Positions 28,710 through 37,751 of a stretch of DNA of 64,000 bases are shown here, piece by piece. Every line of letters starts with the position of its first letter. Positions within the stretch are counted from its first letter, which is position 1. This stretch comes from an uncultured Candidatus Saccharibacteria bacterium (GTDB lineage: Bacteria > Patescibacteriota > Saccharimonadia > Saccharimonadales > JACQNP01), in contig CAZSZC010000002.1 of NCBI GenBank assembly GCA_964610775.1, positions 33,600 to 97,599 of the forward strand, given 5' to 3'. The notes under the pieces are model-generated. The model was not told the origin of the DNA, did not search any database, and worked only from the letters and a program-made list of their open reading frames with translations. The translations under genes were made by a program, and so were the position numbers.

Positions 28710-29690
28710 TTATTCACTCGTAATTACCATTTTATGAGCAGCCAAAGCTATGTGCTTTGCCGTTAGCCCGAAGTGTTCCATGAGCTCATCAGGCCTGCCT
28801 GATTCACCAAAACGATCACGAATCCCGATTCTTTTAACCGGAACGGGGAACTCTTCACTCAATAGTTCACATACCGCACCACCAAGACCGCCATTTATTT
28901 GGCCTTCTTCGAGAGTGATAACCTTTTTGGTTTTTTTAACGCTTTGCAGAACAGTAACCGCATCCAATGGTTTTATAGTTGGGCAATGTACTACCTCTAC
29001 ATCAATACCATCCTTAAACAGCATCTCAGCCGCAGCCAGCGCATGATATGTCATAGTGCCGGTACTAATCAGCGTTATATCATCCCCTTTGGCATACACA
29101 TAGGCTTTACCAATTTCAAATGGTGTTTTTTCGGTGCTAATAATTGGCGTTGCCTCGCGAGCTAGACGTAGATATGCTGGCCGCTTATCTTGTGCTAGTG
29201 CCATAGTTGCACGCTCCGCCTCTAAGCTATCACCAGGAGCTATGACGACCATGTTTGGTAATACGCGCATAAGAGCAATGTCTTCGAGCATTTGGTGTGT
29301 AGCACCATCAGGGCCGACCGAAACACCTGCGTGAGAGCCTACAACACGAACTGGCTGATCGTTTAGGCAAATAGTTGTACGTATTTGCTCCCAGTTCCTA
29401 CCCGGGCTAAAGGCTGCATAACTGCTCACAAATGGAATCTTACCCATAGCAGCTAGGCCAGAAGCTACGGTTACAAGATTCTGCTCTGCTACACCTACTT
29501 CTACAAAACGGTCCGGAAAGGCATCCTTAAACAAACTCATCTGAGTTGAATCTGTTAAATCCGCGCATGCGGCAACCACACGTTCATCCTGTTTCCCGGC
29601 CTCTAACAAACCCCTACCAAACCCTTTTCTTATTGGCTCACTTGTTACACTACTAGATAAAACATCCTCTACAAGAAACAGACTACTCAT
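28710..29690 (-). CDS. Transketolase, C-terminal subunit
   Basis: EVGVAEQN, SHAGVSVGPDGATHQMLED, PAYLRL, GGLGGAV. Confidence 0.93.
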   Translation of the reverse strand: MSSLFLVEDVLSSSVTSEPIRKGFGRGLLEAGKQDERVVAACADLTDSTQMSLFKDAFPDRFVEVGVAEQNLVTVASGLAAMGKIPFVSSYAAFSPGRNWEQIRTTICLNDQPVRVVGSHAGVSVGPDGATHQMLEDIALMRVLPNMVVIAPGDSLEAERATMALAQDKRPAYLRLAREATPIISTEKTPFEIGKAYVYAKGDDITLISTGTMTYHALAAAEMLFKDGIDVEVVHCPTIKPLDAVTVLQSVKKTKKVITLEEGQINGGLGGAVCELLSEEFPVPVKRIGIRDRFGESGRPDELMEHFGLTAKHIALAAHKMVITSE

Positions 29691-30546
29691 GTTCTCCCCT
29701 TATTTTACCTTTTAGGGTCCTTAGTTCGTGTAGTGCTTTTTTGGCTTGCTCGCTATCCGGCGGCTTACCATGCCAACTAAAATCATATTCCATAAAATCA
29801 ACACCTTTGCCTGGTATTGTATGTGCAATAATCATGACCGGCTTTTCTGTCATAGCTCTCGCCATAGCACAAGCATCAATGAATTGCTCGATATTATTAC
29901 CATCTACTTCTATAACATGCCAGCCAAAAGCCTCCCACTTTGCTTTTAGGTCTTCCAGTGGCATGACTTGCTCAACCGGTCCGTCGATTTGAATATTGTT
30001 TCTATCGATAATTCCAATAATGTTGCTAAGTTTATACTTACTGGCCAGCATGGCTGCTTCCCATATATTGCCTTCGTCCAGTTCGCCATCGCCCATAACC
30101 ACATACACCCAGCGATGGTTATCTTTGTTCATGCGCATTGCTAACGCCATTCCACTAGCTTGGCTCAAGCCACAGCCTAAAGGACCACTTGTATTTTCCA
30201 TTCCAGGGAGTTTCATGCGTTCAGGGTGTCCTTGTAGCCTTGATCCAAATTGACGTAAAGTCATTAGCTCTTTCGTATCAAAGTAACCAGCGTGCGCCAT
30301 GGCTGCATAACGAACCGGCACACAATGACCATTACTTAACAGTAAAATATCGCGCTCAGCCCAATCTGGCTTGGTTGGATCGTGTTTTAATACATCGAAG
30401 TATAGAGCTGTGAAAATATCTGCTAGCCCCAGAGGGCCAGCGCTATGTCCACTTCCAGCATGCTCCAACATTTTAATAATATCCTGCCGAATATCATTAG
30501 CTTTGAGCTCGAGCTCTTCAACCGAGTAAGTTTTTACTTTAGACAT
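29683..30546 (-). CDS. Transketolase, N-terminal subunit
   Basis: GSGHSAG, LSNGH, LQGHP, TPP motif GDGELDEG...DRN, WHGK. Confidence 0.93.
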   Translation of the reverse strand: MSKVKTYSVEELELKANDIRQDIIKMLEHAGSGHSAGPLGLADIFTALYFDVLKHDPTKPDWAERDILLLSNGHCVPVRYAAMAHAGYFDTKELMTLRQFGSRLQGHPERMKLPGMENTSGPLGCGLSQASGMALAMRMNKDNHRWVYVVMGDGELDEGNIWEAAMLASKYKLSNIIGIIDRNNIQIDGPVEQVMPLEDLKAKWEAFGWHVIEVDGNNIEQFIDACAMARAMTEKPVMIIAHTIPGKGVDFMEYDFSWHGKPPDSEQAKKALHELRTLKGKIRGEHE

Positions 30547-30557
30547 ATTGGTTATGA

Positions 30558-31187
30558 TTATAACAAAGAGCTTGCTATGTTCTGAAAAGCTTTTTCTTTA
30601 TCACTGCTACCTTGAATAAAACCACCGACGTTTAGTACATCAATGCCGCCTTCAACGATTTGTTGGGCATTCTTATCGTTAATTCCACCATCCCAACCAA
30701 TTTCTACATCTGGATATTCATTTTTTATTTCATGAACCTTACTCAACAACCCCATGTCTGCTACGCCGCCATGCCTACCTAAATCACCACTAAATACCAA
30801 GATGTGATCGAAACTATGCATTATTTGGAAAATATTTTTTGCTGGGGTATCTTGAAGAACCGCTAACCCAACCTTTATGCCTTCTTTATGTAGTAGACCA
30901 GCGAACTCCATATGATGCACATCTGCTTCGGCCTGAATAATAACCATACTGGGCCGTAGCTTAATTAGCCAATCAAGGTAATTGGCGGGGTTCTGATACA
31001 TAAGATGTATGTCCACGACTTGATGACTTGGCAGCCAAATGCGTGATAATTCTGGTGAAGTCGTGGGCGCAAATAGACCATCCATAAGATCAATATGAAC
31101 TCGTTGGGCGAAATTAATTCCTTCCAACTGCTCACGATATTCGTGTAGATCACAGGCCGTTACAGTTGGACAAATCGTAGTCTTCAT
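30558..31187 (-). CDS. rpe: Ribulose-phosphate 3-epimerase
   Basis: HIDLMDGLFAP, DIHLM, IGWDGGIN, NVGG. Confidence 0.9.
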   Translation of the reverse strand: MKTTICPTVTACDLHEYREQLEGINFAQRVHIDLMDGLFAPTTSPELSRIWLPSHQVVDIHLMYQNPANYLDWLIKLRPSMVIIQAEADVHHMEFAGLLHKEGIKVGLAVLQDTPAKNIFQIMHSFDHILVFSGDLGRHGGVADMGLLSKVHEIKNEYPDVEIGWDGGINDKNAQQIVEGGIDVLNVGGFIQGSSDKEKAFQNIASSLL

Positions 31188-31627
31188 AATTCGTCTAGTT
31201 CTTTAATACGGCGCCTAAAACGAGATGCATTGGCAAATGGAGTATTAAGCCAAGTTTCAACAATCACTTTTAGTTCGCCTTTTTCTAGCGCATTTGCGGG
31301 TAAGCATAATACATTACTGTCATCATCATTACGGGCTGCACGAACAGATTCTCGATCATAACCAAGACAAGCACGTATGCCCTTAAAGCGATTAGCCGCC
31401 ATACACATGCCCTGACCGCTACCGCACAACAAAATGCCTCGAGTTTCTATATCTTTATCAGACAATACATTCGTAACTACTTTTTGAGCAAATAATGGAA
31501 AGTCATCTTCAGGGTCTAGCTTCTTGTCACCGTCATCAACTACTGAATATCCAGCACTACGCAAATAACTTACTAAGTCATTACGAAACCGGAACCCGTT
31601 ATGGTCAGCCCCAACAAATATTTTCAC
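31184..31627 (-). CDS. rpiB: Ribose-5-phosphate isomerase B
   Basis: GADHNG, GILLCGSGQGM, ANRFKGIRA, NDDDSNVLCL. Confidence 0.92.
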   Translation of the reverse strand: MKIFVGADHNGFRFRNDLVSYLRSAGYSVVDDGDKKLDPEDDFPLFAQKVVTNVLSDKDIETRGILLCGSGQGMCMAANRFKGIRACLGYDRESVRAARNDDDSNVLCLPANALEKGELKVIVETWLNTPFANASRFRRRIKELDEL

Positions 31628-31633
31628 ATCACC

Positions 31634-32650
31634 CTACTTACTGTGAAGTATTCGGCCAACATCAGACACAACCTCGATCAATCGATTGCTGTAACCCCAC
31701 TCATTATCGTACCAAGCAACAACTTTTAGCATATTATCGCCAATAACTTTGGTTAAGTTTAGATCCACGATAGCTGAATGACTATTACCTATGAAATCAC
31801 TGGACACTAACTCTTCATCTGTCACATCCAAAATCCCTTGATAGAAGGGTTCTTTTGCTGCTGCTCTAAATACATCATTAACCGCGTCAACCGTGACAGG
31901 TTTTTTGGTGATTATCACAAAATCACTGAGTGAAACAACACTGGTAGGAACACGAACACTTAAACCTCCAAATATACCCTTAATAGCCGGGAATGCTTCG
32001 CCAGCGGCTATCGATGCGCCAGTTGTGGTTGGCACTATATTCTCAGCAGCATTTCTTGCCTCTCGCAAGTCTTTAGATGGACCGTCTTGAAGTGACTGAC
32101 TAGCGGTATAGCTATGCACGGTTGTCATCATAGCCTTATCAATTCCGAAATGGCTTTCTACGACTGCAGCTACGGGAGTAATACAGTTAGTGGTACAACT
32201 AGCGTTACTAATAATGTCGCCAGCTCCTTGGAGCTGGTCTTCATTAACACCCAAAACTATAGTGGTGGCACCCTCACCCTTTGCTGGTGCAGATATAACA
32301 ACTCTTTTAGCGCCAGCGTCTATATGCGCGCGAGCCTTGGCAGGATCAACAAAAAAACCAGTCGATTCAATAACTACGTCTATATCATGCTTCTTCCAAG
32401 GCAATAGCGATGGGTCGCGCTCAGCAAAGACCGTAATATGTTTACCTTCTACTATTATGCCCTTTTCGTCATAATCAACATCTTTAGCATAAGCACCATA
32501 GTTACTGTCGTGCTTTAATAAGTGTGCTAGGGTTTTCATGTCGGTTAGATCATTAATAGCAACAATCTCGATGTCAGTACGATCAAAAGCCACCTTGAAG
32601 GCATTGCGTCCAATTCGTCCAAAACCGTTAATTGCAATCCGTGTTTTCAT
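31634..32650 (-). CDS. gap: Type I glyceraldehyde-3-phosphate dehydrogenase
   Basis: INGFGRIGR, SNASCTTNC, WYDNEWGYS. Confidence 0.98.
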   Translation of the reverse strand: MKTRIAINGFGRIGRNAFKVAFDRTDIEIVAINDLTDMKTLAHLLKHDSNYGAYAKDVDYDEKGIIVEGKHITVFAERDPSLLPWKKHDIDVVIESTGFFVDPAKARAHIDAGAKRVVISAPAKGEGATTIVLGVNEDQLQGAGDIISNASCTTNCITPVAAVVESHFGIDKAMMTTVHSYTASQSLQDGPSKDLREARNAAENIVPTTTGASIAAGEAFPAIKGIFGGLSVRVPTSVVSLSDFVIITKKPVTVDAVNDVFRAAAKEPFYQGILDVTDEELVSSDFIGNSHSAIVDLNLTKVIGDNMLKVVAWYDNEWGYSNRLIEVVSDVGRILHSK

Positions 32651-32763
32651 ACCTCACCCCCTAAAATAAGTATAGTATTAAATGTCTAAGCCAATTATAT
32701 ACCGCTTACGGCTATAGAAAAAGTAATTATCATAATGCGTCTAACAACTACCAAATAACTGTC

Positions 32764-32788
32764 ATCAAGCGGGTACTTTTCGCTTGAT
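32764..32788 (-). terminator. Hairpin downstream of ppa
   Basis: ATCAAGCG-N9-CGCTTGAT inverted repeat; no clear U-tract. Confidence 0.35.
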
Positions 32789-32806
32789 TATATAAGTGAG
32801 CGATAC

Positions 32807-33337
32807 TTACTGATCACTCCAGCGCTTAACACACTCAAATATTATTTTCTTTGCATCTTCTATATTACCCCAGCCCAAAACCTTAGTCGTGCCTGGCTTC
32901 TTTAGATCTTTATAGTGGTTAAAATGATGCTCGATTTTCAACTTCCATTGTTCATGTAATTGATCTTCACCTTTTATCTGGTCGCCAGTATTTCGATCAT
33001 CCTCTGGAACACATACAATTTTATGGTCCATCTCGCCATCGTCTTCGAAATTCAACACACCAACTACTCGAGCTTTTAGATAAACTCCAGTCGGAATTGG
33101 GTCGTTAGTTATTACTAAGGTATCGAGTTCATCACCGTCCTCATCTAAGGTTTGGGGTATAAAACCATAATTAACCGGTTTTGCAAAAATACTTGGCTCT
33201 ACCCTATCTAGCTGAAAAACTGCTAACTCACGATTCCATTCAATTTTTAGAGTTGACCATTTGGGAATTTCAATAACTGTATTTATAACCCCGCCGTCAA
33301 CATCTCCAGCATCTAATATTTTGTTGTAATCTGCCAC
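32807..33337 (-). CDS. ppa: Soluble inorganic pyrophosphatase (family I)
   Basis: IEIPK, LDR, NYGFIPQTLDEDGDELD, DDGEMDHKI, YKDL. Confidence 0.93.
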   Translation of the reverse strand: MADYNKILDAGDVDGGVINTVIEIPKWSTLKIEWNRELAVFQLDRVEPSIFAKPVNYGFIPQTLDEDGDELDTLVITNDPIPTGVYLKARVVGVLNFEDDGEMDHKIVCVPEDDRNTGDQIKGEDQLHEQWKLKIEHHFNHYKDLKKPGTTKVLGWGNIEDAKKIIFECVKRWSDQ

Positions 33338-33384
33338 TTACGACCTCCTTATATCATGGATTATTGTACACTAGATACTAACAT

Positions 33385-34098
33385 ATGAAAGTTATTGGAC
33401 ACCGCGGCGCGGCGGGATTAGCGCTTGAAAATACATTGGCAAGTTTTGAGCTCGCTAAACTCATCGGGGTTGATGCAATCGAACTTGATATCAGACTCAC
33501 ACTAGACCAACAACTAGTAGTTGTTCATGACGGCGACCTAAAAAGAATCAGCGGCAATAACCTTACAATTAAATCTCACAATTACAAGCAAATATCATCG
33601 ATAACACTTCGTGATGGACAATCTAGGATACCTACATTGGAATCCGTCATGCAAATAACCGACAATGTACCATTAATAATCGAGATAAAGGCCGAGAATT
33701 GCGTACAGCCTTTGGTAGAGTTGTTAGAAAAACACTCTTCACGAGAAATAGTTATTGTTTCATTCAAACATAACGAACTTTCGAAGCTCCGACAACTATT
33801 GCCAGACTATAAAATATATGTCAACGAGCAGACAAAGCCTATTGAAATTATTCAGATCGCCCGGCGCATGAAGCTGAATGGCATTGGCCTAAACTACTGG
33901 CTACTAAACCCTCTCACTTACTGGGCGGCCAAGAGAAACAAGATTGATATTTTTGTATATACTGTTAATAACCGATTAATTGGACGAATGATTAACTTTT
34001 TGTACCCAGACGTTGCAATATGCACCGATCATCCTGAATATTTCATAAAAAATGCCTACCCACTGGAAGAAAACATAACTAATAATGGGCTCGGGTAA
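33385..34098 (+). CDS. Glycerophosphodiester phosphodiesterase
   Basis: IGHRGAAGLALENTL, IELDI, VVVHD, IEIK, YTVN, TDHP. Confidence 0.92.
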   Translation: MKVIGHRGAAGLALENTLASFELAKLIGVDAIELDIRLTLDQQLVVVHDGDLKRISGNNLTIKSHNYKQISSITLRDGQSRIPTLESVMQITDNVPLIIEIKAENCVQPLVELLEKHSSREIVIVSFKHNELSKLRQLLPDYKIYVNEQTKPIEIIQIARRMKLNGIGLNYWLLNPLTYWAAKRNKIDIFVYTVNNRLIGRMINFLYPDVAICTDHPEYFIKNAYPLEENITNNGLG

Positions 34099-34101
34099 AT
34101 T

Positions 34102-34785
34102 ATGGAAGTAGTATTTGACCACAAGCAAAAATTAAACTCCGAAATAACTAGTTATTTTTTTGTGCCATCAAAACCCTTACACTATATTGCTGGTCAGTTT
34201 ATAGAACTTACACTACCAATTGCAGGCAATGCATCTGAAAAAAACCGTTGGTTTACTCTTTCGTCATCTCCAACCGAAAAACTATTATCAATAACAACCA
34301 GACACCCGAGAGACTTATCAAATTTTAAGAAACATCTGGCTAAAATGAAGCCTGGCGATGTGGCTCACATGAGTCAAGCTATGGGTGATTTCGTACTCCC
34401 AAAGGATCCACAAATTCCATTGGTATTTGTGGCTGCTGGGATTGGTATAACGCCCATGCGAAGCATGCTAGCTAGCCAGATTGAATCACGTCAAAAAAGA
34501 CACATAAACACCCTTTACTTTGTTAAGTCTCATGCTGATGCCTGTTTTGTAGATCTCCTAAAATCAACAAGTACAACACTGGATATAATTGTCACCAAAT
34601 CGAAAAATAGCATCAGTTCAATGATAGAGAATATTCATGATTACTCAAGCACTAATGGATTTGAGCATGTTTATTTATCTGGTCCCGAGCCACTTGTCGA
34701 GAACTTGAGTAATCATCTATCGAATGAAGGCTATCGAGATTATCGATTACATACCGACTTTTTCCCTGGCTATAACCATATATAG
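34102..34785 (+). CDS. FNR-family FAD/NAD(P)H oxidoreductase
   Basis: AGQFIEL, RWFTLSSSP, MGDFVLP, AAGIGITPMRSM, YLSGP, DFFPGY. Confidence 0.88.
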   Translation: MEVVFDHKQKLNSEITSYFFVPSKPLHYIAGQFIELTLPIAGNASEKNRWFTLSSSPTEKLLSITTRHPRDLSNFKKHLAKMKPGDVAHMSQAMGDFVLPKDPQIPLVFVAAGIGITPMRSMLASQIESRQKRHINTLYFVKSHADACFVDLLKSTSTTLDIIVTKSKNSISSMIENIHDYSSTNGFEHVYLSGPEPLVENLSNHLSNEGYRDYRLHTDFFPGYNHI

Positions 34786-34793
34786 CCCTGGGA

Positions 34794-35291
34794 TCAATCA
34801 GGAATATCGAAATCTATAAGTTTTCGTTGGACTGCAATATATTGCTCGATCTCCGAATCAGATAAATCAAACAACCAGTACCGCATTGCATGCAAAATTG
34901 ATTGCTCAGCATCATAGGCTAGTTTTTTACCACTTCGAGTTATTATTAAGTATTTAACCCGGCGGTCTTTAGAAGACACCTTTTGACGAACTAACGATCG
35001 TTTCACTAAATCTTTAACCAATCCAACGGCTTGTGGAGTATTAACATCAAATACTTCCCCGATTCTAGTAACTGTGAATTCTCCGGATTCATCATTAGCA
35101 AGAGTGTTAATTATAGTCCAATCTGTTACAGTCAGACCAAATTGTTTAATAGCCCTAGCCACTACCACGCGCAGCGCCGACTCAGCACGAGCATGTAGCG
35201 ACAACCACTCAGTAGCATCAAATAACCTCTCGGCTTCGAGTCCCGTAGTCGAAACATCGCCCTTTATACGTATTGGCACTTTTAGCGCCAC
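34794..35291 (-). CDS. MarR-family transcriptional regulator
   Basis: wHTH with LV.Q..S.KDRRVKYL.IT..G; GTG start 2 nt after the trxB stop. Confidence 0.8.
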   Translation of the reverse strand: MALKVPIRIKGDVSTTGLEAERLFDATEWLSLHARAESALRVVVARAIKQFGLTVTDWTIINTLANDESGEFTVTRIGEVFDVNTPQAVGLVKDLVKRSLVRQKVSSKDRRVKYLIITRSGKKLAYDAEQSILHAMRYWLFDLSDSEIEQYIAVQRKLIDFDIPD

Positions 35292-35293
35292 AG

Positions 35294-36235
35294 TTATAGC
35301 CCTTCGTATTTATCTTCCAGGAATTCTCGAATACGTAGTGCAGCAGTTGCACCTTCGCCAGCAGCGCTAGCAATCTGCATGGTCGCACCGCTACGAACAT
35401 CACCTGCAGCAAATACACCCTTAATAGAAGTTTGTAGAGTACTGTCGGTCTTGATTAGACCAACTTTGTCTAGCTCTATGCCACTGTTTTCTAAGAATTG
35501 AGTATTGGGTAGTAAACCTATGAATACAAAAACCCCATCCGTAGGAAACTCTGTTTTTTTGCCATCTTTTTTACCAACCACTTTAACCACCTTATTATCT
35601 TCTGCAACTATTTCATCTGTTGATGTATTAAGATGAACGGTGATTTTATCATTTTTTTCAAGCTCGTGTATTAAGACATCAGAGGCACGCAACTCACTTC
35701 TTACCAATAGGTCAATTTTGCTAGCAAACCTAGTTAAAAATAACGCCTCCTGGACGGCCGAATTACCACCACCAACAACCACTAAATGTTTGTCTCTATA
35801 AAATGCTCCATCACATGTAGCGCAATAATGTACACCCCGAGCATAATATTCAGCCTCTCCCGGAATACCGAGTTTCTTATAATCACTACCAGTGGCTATG
35901 AGAACAGCCCTAGCTTTAATTTCGCCATCAGTAGTTTCTAAACTTTTATAATCACCCTTATCTACGATACTCAAAACCTCGCCTAGGCGAATTTCAGCTC
36001 CAAATCTCTCTGCTTGTTGACGCAATTCTTCAGATAAATCAAGGCCGGAAACGCCTTTAGCAAAGCCTGGATAATTATCGATCCAGTCAGTTATTGCCGC
36101 CAGCCCACCTATAACGCCTTTTTCATACAAAACAGTATCTATATCTTCGCGCGTAGTATATATAGCCGCAGTTAGTGCTGCTGGCCCCGCACCAACTATT
36201 ACAACCGGTAATACCTCGTCTTTGCTCTCACTCAT
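35294..36235 (-). CDS. trxB: Thioredoxin reductase
   Basis: GAGPAALTAAIY, HYCATCDG, GGGNSA, FAAGDV. Confidence 0.93.
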   Translation of the reverse strand: MSESKDEVLPVVIVGAGPAALTAAIYTTREDIDTVLYEKGVIGGLAAITDWIDNYPGFAKGVSGLDLSEELRQQAERFGAEIRLGEVLSIVDKGDYKSLETTDGEIKARAVLIATGSDYKKLGIPGEAEYYARGVHYCATCDGAFYRDKHLVVVGGGNSAVQEALFLTRFASKIDLLVRSELRASDVLIHELEKNDKITVHLNTSTDEIVAEDNKVVKVVGKKDGKKTEFPTDGVFVFIGLLPNTQFLENSGIELDKVGLIKTDSTLQTSIKGVFAAGDVRSGATMQIASAAGEGATAALRIREFLEDKYEGL

Positions 36236-36378
36236 AATAATTCTTCATATTGTATCAACAAACCACTGATTCTGTCAGTATGCAAAATTGTTTATTGCAG
36301 TAACCTGGCGCCGTAAATAAGACTTAGTAATGTGCGACGAGCGCAGAGCGCAAACCGCAGCATCATGCTTGAAATATC

Positions 36379-36627
36379 TTAATTTACTGCGGGGGCAAGC
36401 TTAGCTAGATTGTAGCCTACCACTACCTCTTTTGACTCGTCTTCCTTTGTTACTATCGTAACTGGCACAGCCAACTGCCCACTTACTTCAAATGCTTCTT
36501 TTTGGCGCTCTGGGTGAGTGTCCAAGTTCACTTCATCATAAGAATAGCCTTTGGCTTGAAGCCACTTCTTTACCATAACGCAGTAAGCACAGGTATTAGT
36601 TGTAAATATTGTTATGTTTTTGACCAT
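36379..36627 (-). CDS. Glutaredoxin/NrdH-like redoxin
   Basis: CAYC active site, VP motif, VVGYN. Confidence 0.88.
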   Translation of the reverse strand: MVKNITIFTTNTCAYCVMVKKWLQAKGYSYDEVNLDTHPERQKEAFEVSGQLAVPVTIVTKEDESKEVVVGYNLAKLAPAVN

Positions 36628-36714
36628 CGTTTTTACCCTTTTTTAGTTATATATTGATATGCGTTTTAGTGTATATAGTGTTTATGTTTGAGTCAATACC
36701 CCCATATGTTGTGT

Positions 36715-37248
36715 TTATTGCTGCACTTGTATCATTTCTATGTCAAATACTAACGGCTCATTAGGACCGATCTTTGGCGGACTACCCTGCTCTCCATAAG
36801 CCAGCGAGGCAGGGATGATTAGTCGGCGCGTGCCACCAACTTTCATACCAGGAACACCTTCTTGCCACCCCTTGATAACTTGATTCAGCGGAAATTGTGC
36901 GGGCTGACCCGAGTCCTTAGAACTCTCAAAAATAATTCCATCTTTTGCAATAGCGCCAGTATAATGCGCTGTTACTGTTGCGTTAGCTTTGACAACCTCA
37001 CCAGTGCCTTCCTTCAAGTCGATGGTCTGTAATTTATCAACCGATGCAACTGGTGTATAATCTTGTAGTTTTGTACCCGCCAATTTACCCTCCTGAGTCT
37101 TGGGTGTTTCAGTTTGTGCTTGATCGTTCTTTTTGGTTGAACTATCCTTGCGAATCTGCCAAATAACCGCCAAACTAAATGCGACCGATGTGCCTAAAAA
37201 TAACGCAGCTGCTACCAAAGCGAACACGCGTTCGTGTGGCTTTGCCAT
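36715..37248 (-). CDS. Membrane-anchored FKBP-type peptidyl-prolyl isomerase
   Basis: N-terminal TM; HYTG, FESS, VIKGWQEG, MKVGGTRRLIIP..LAYG. Confidence 0.93.
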   Translation of the reverse strand: MAKPHERVFALVAAALFLGTSVAFSLAVIWQIRKDSSTKKNDQAQTETPKTQEGKLAGTKLQDYTPVASVDKLQTIDLKEGTGEVVKANATVTAHYTGAIAKDGIIFESSKDSGQPAQFPLNQVIKGWQEGVPGMKVGGTRRLIIPASLAYGEQGSPPKIGPNEPLVFDIEMIQVQQ

Positions 37249-37294
37249 GAACCCTCACTTCCTTTACGATATCCAGTATACTACTAATTTTTAA

Positions 37295-37741
37295 CTAGTT
37301 TGTAGTTATTTCGACAGCGTTATCCGGCCAGCCATTTTTGTGTCCATCTAGCACGAATTGTTTAAGTTTCTCTGATAGGAATGGTGAATTTGCCAACTTA
37401 CTCAACTCCAACCAACCCGGATTGTACAGATTGTGACCAAGTTTATTAATGATTGCTTCCTCGGAATTAGGCGCAAGCTGCGGGTTGCCAGAGACATACT
37501 CAGCTAGATAAACAAATTGATCACCATAAGGATCACCAGCGTGTTCTATACACACCAAACGAGGGTTAGTAAACGTAAGTGTTGTTTCTTCTTGGACTTC
37601 TCGCTGTAAAGCCTGCACATTAGTCTCGCCTACTTCAACATTACCTCCAGGCAGAGTGTCATATTCGTCACCAAATTTGTTTCGGTGCATGACCAGTAGT
37701 TTGTCATCTTTGATAATAATTACACGGACGGCTTTTCTCAT
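37295..37741 (-). CDS. NUDIX hydrolase
   Basis: Nudix box LPGGNVEVGETNVQALQREVQEET. Confidence 0.9.
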   Translation of the reverse strand: MRKAVRVIIIKDDKLLVMHRNKFGDEYDTLPGGNVEVGETNVQALQREVQEETTLTFTNPRLVCIEHAGDPYGDQFVYLAEYVSGNPQLAPNSEEAIINKLGHNLYNPGWLELSKLANSPFLSEKLKQFVLDGHKNGWPDNAVEITTN

Positions 37742-37751
37742 AATTTATATT

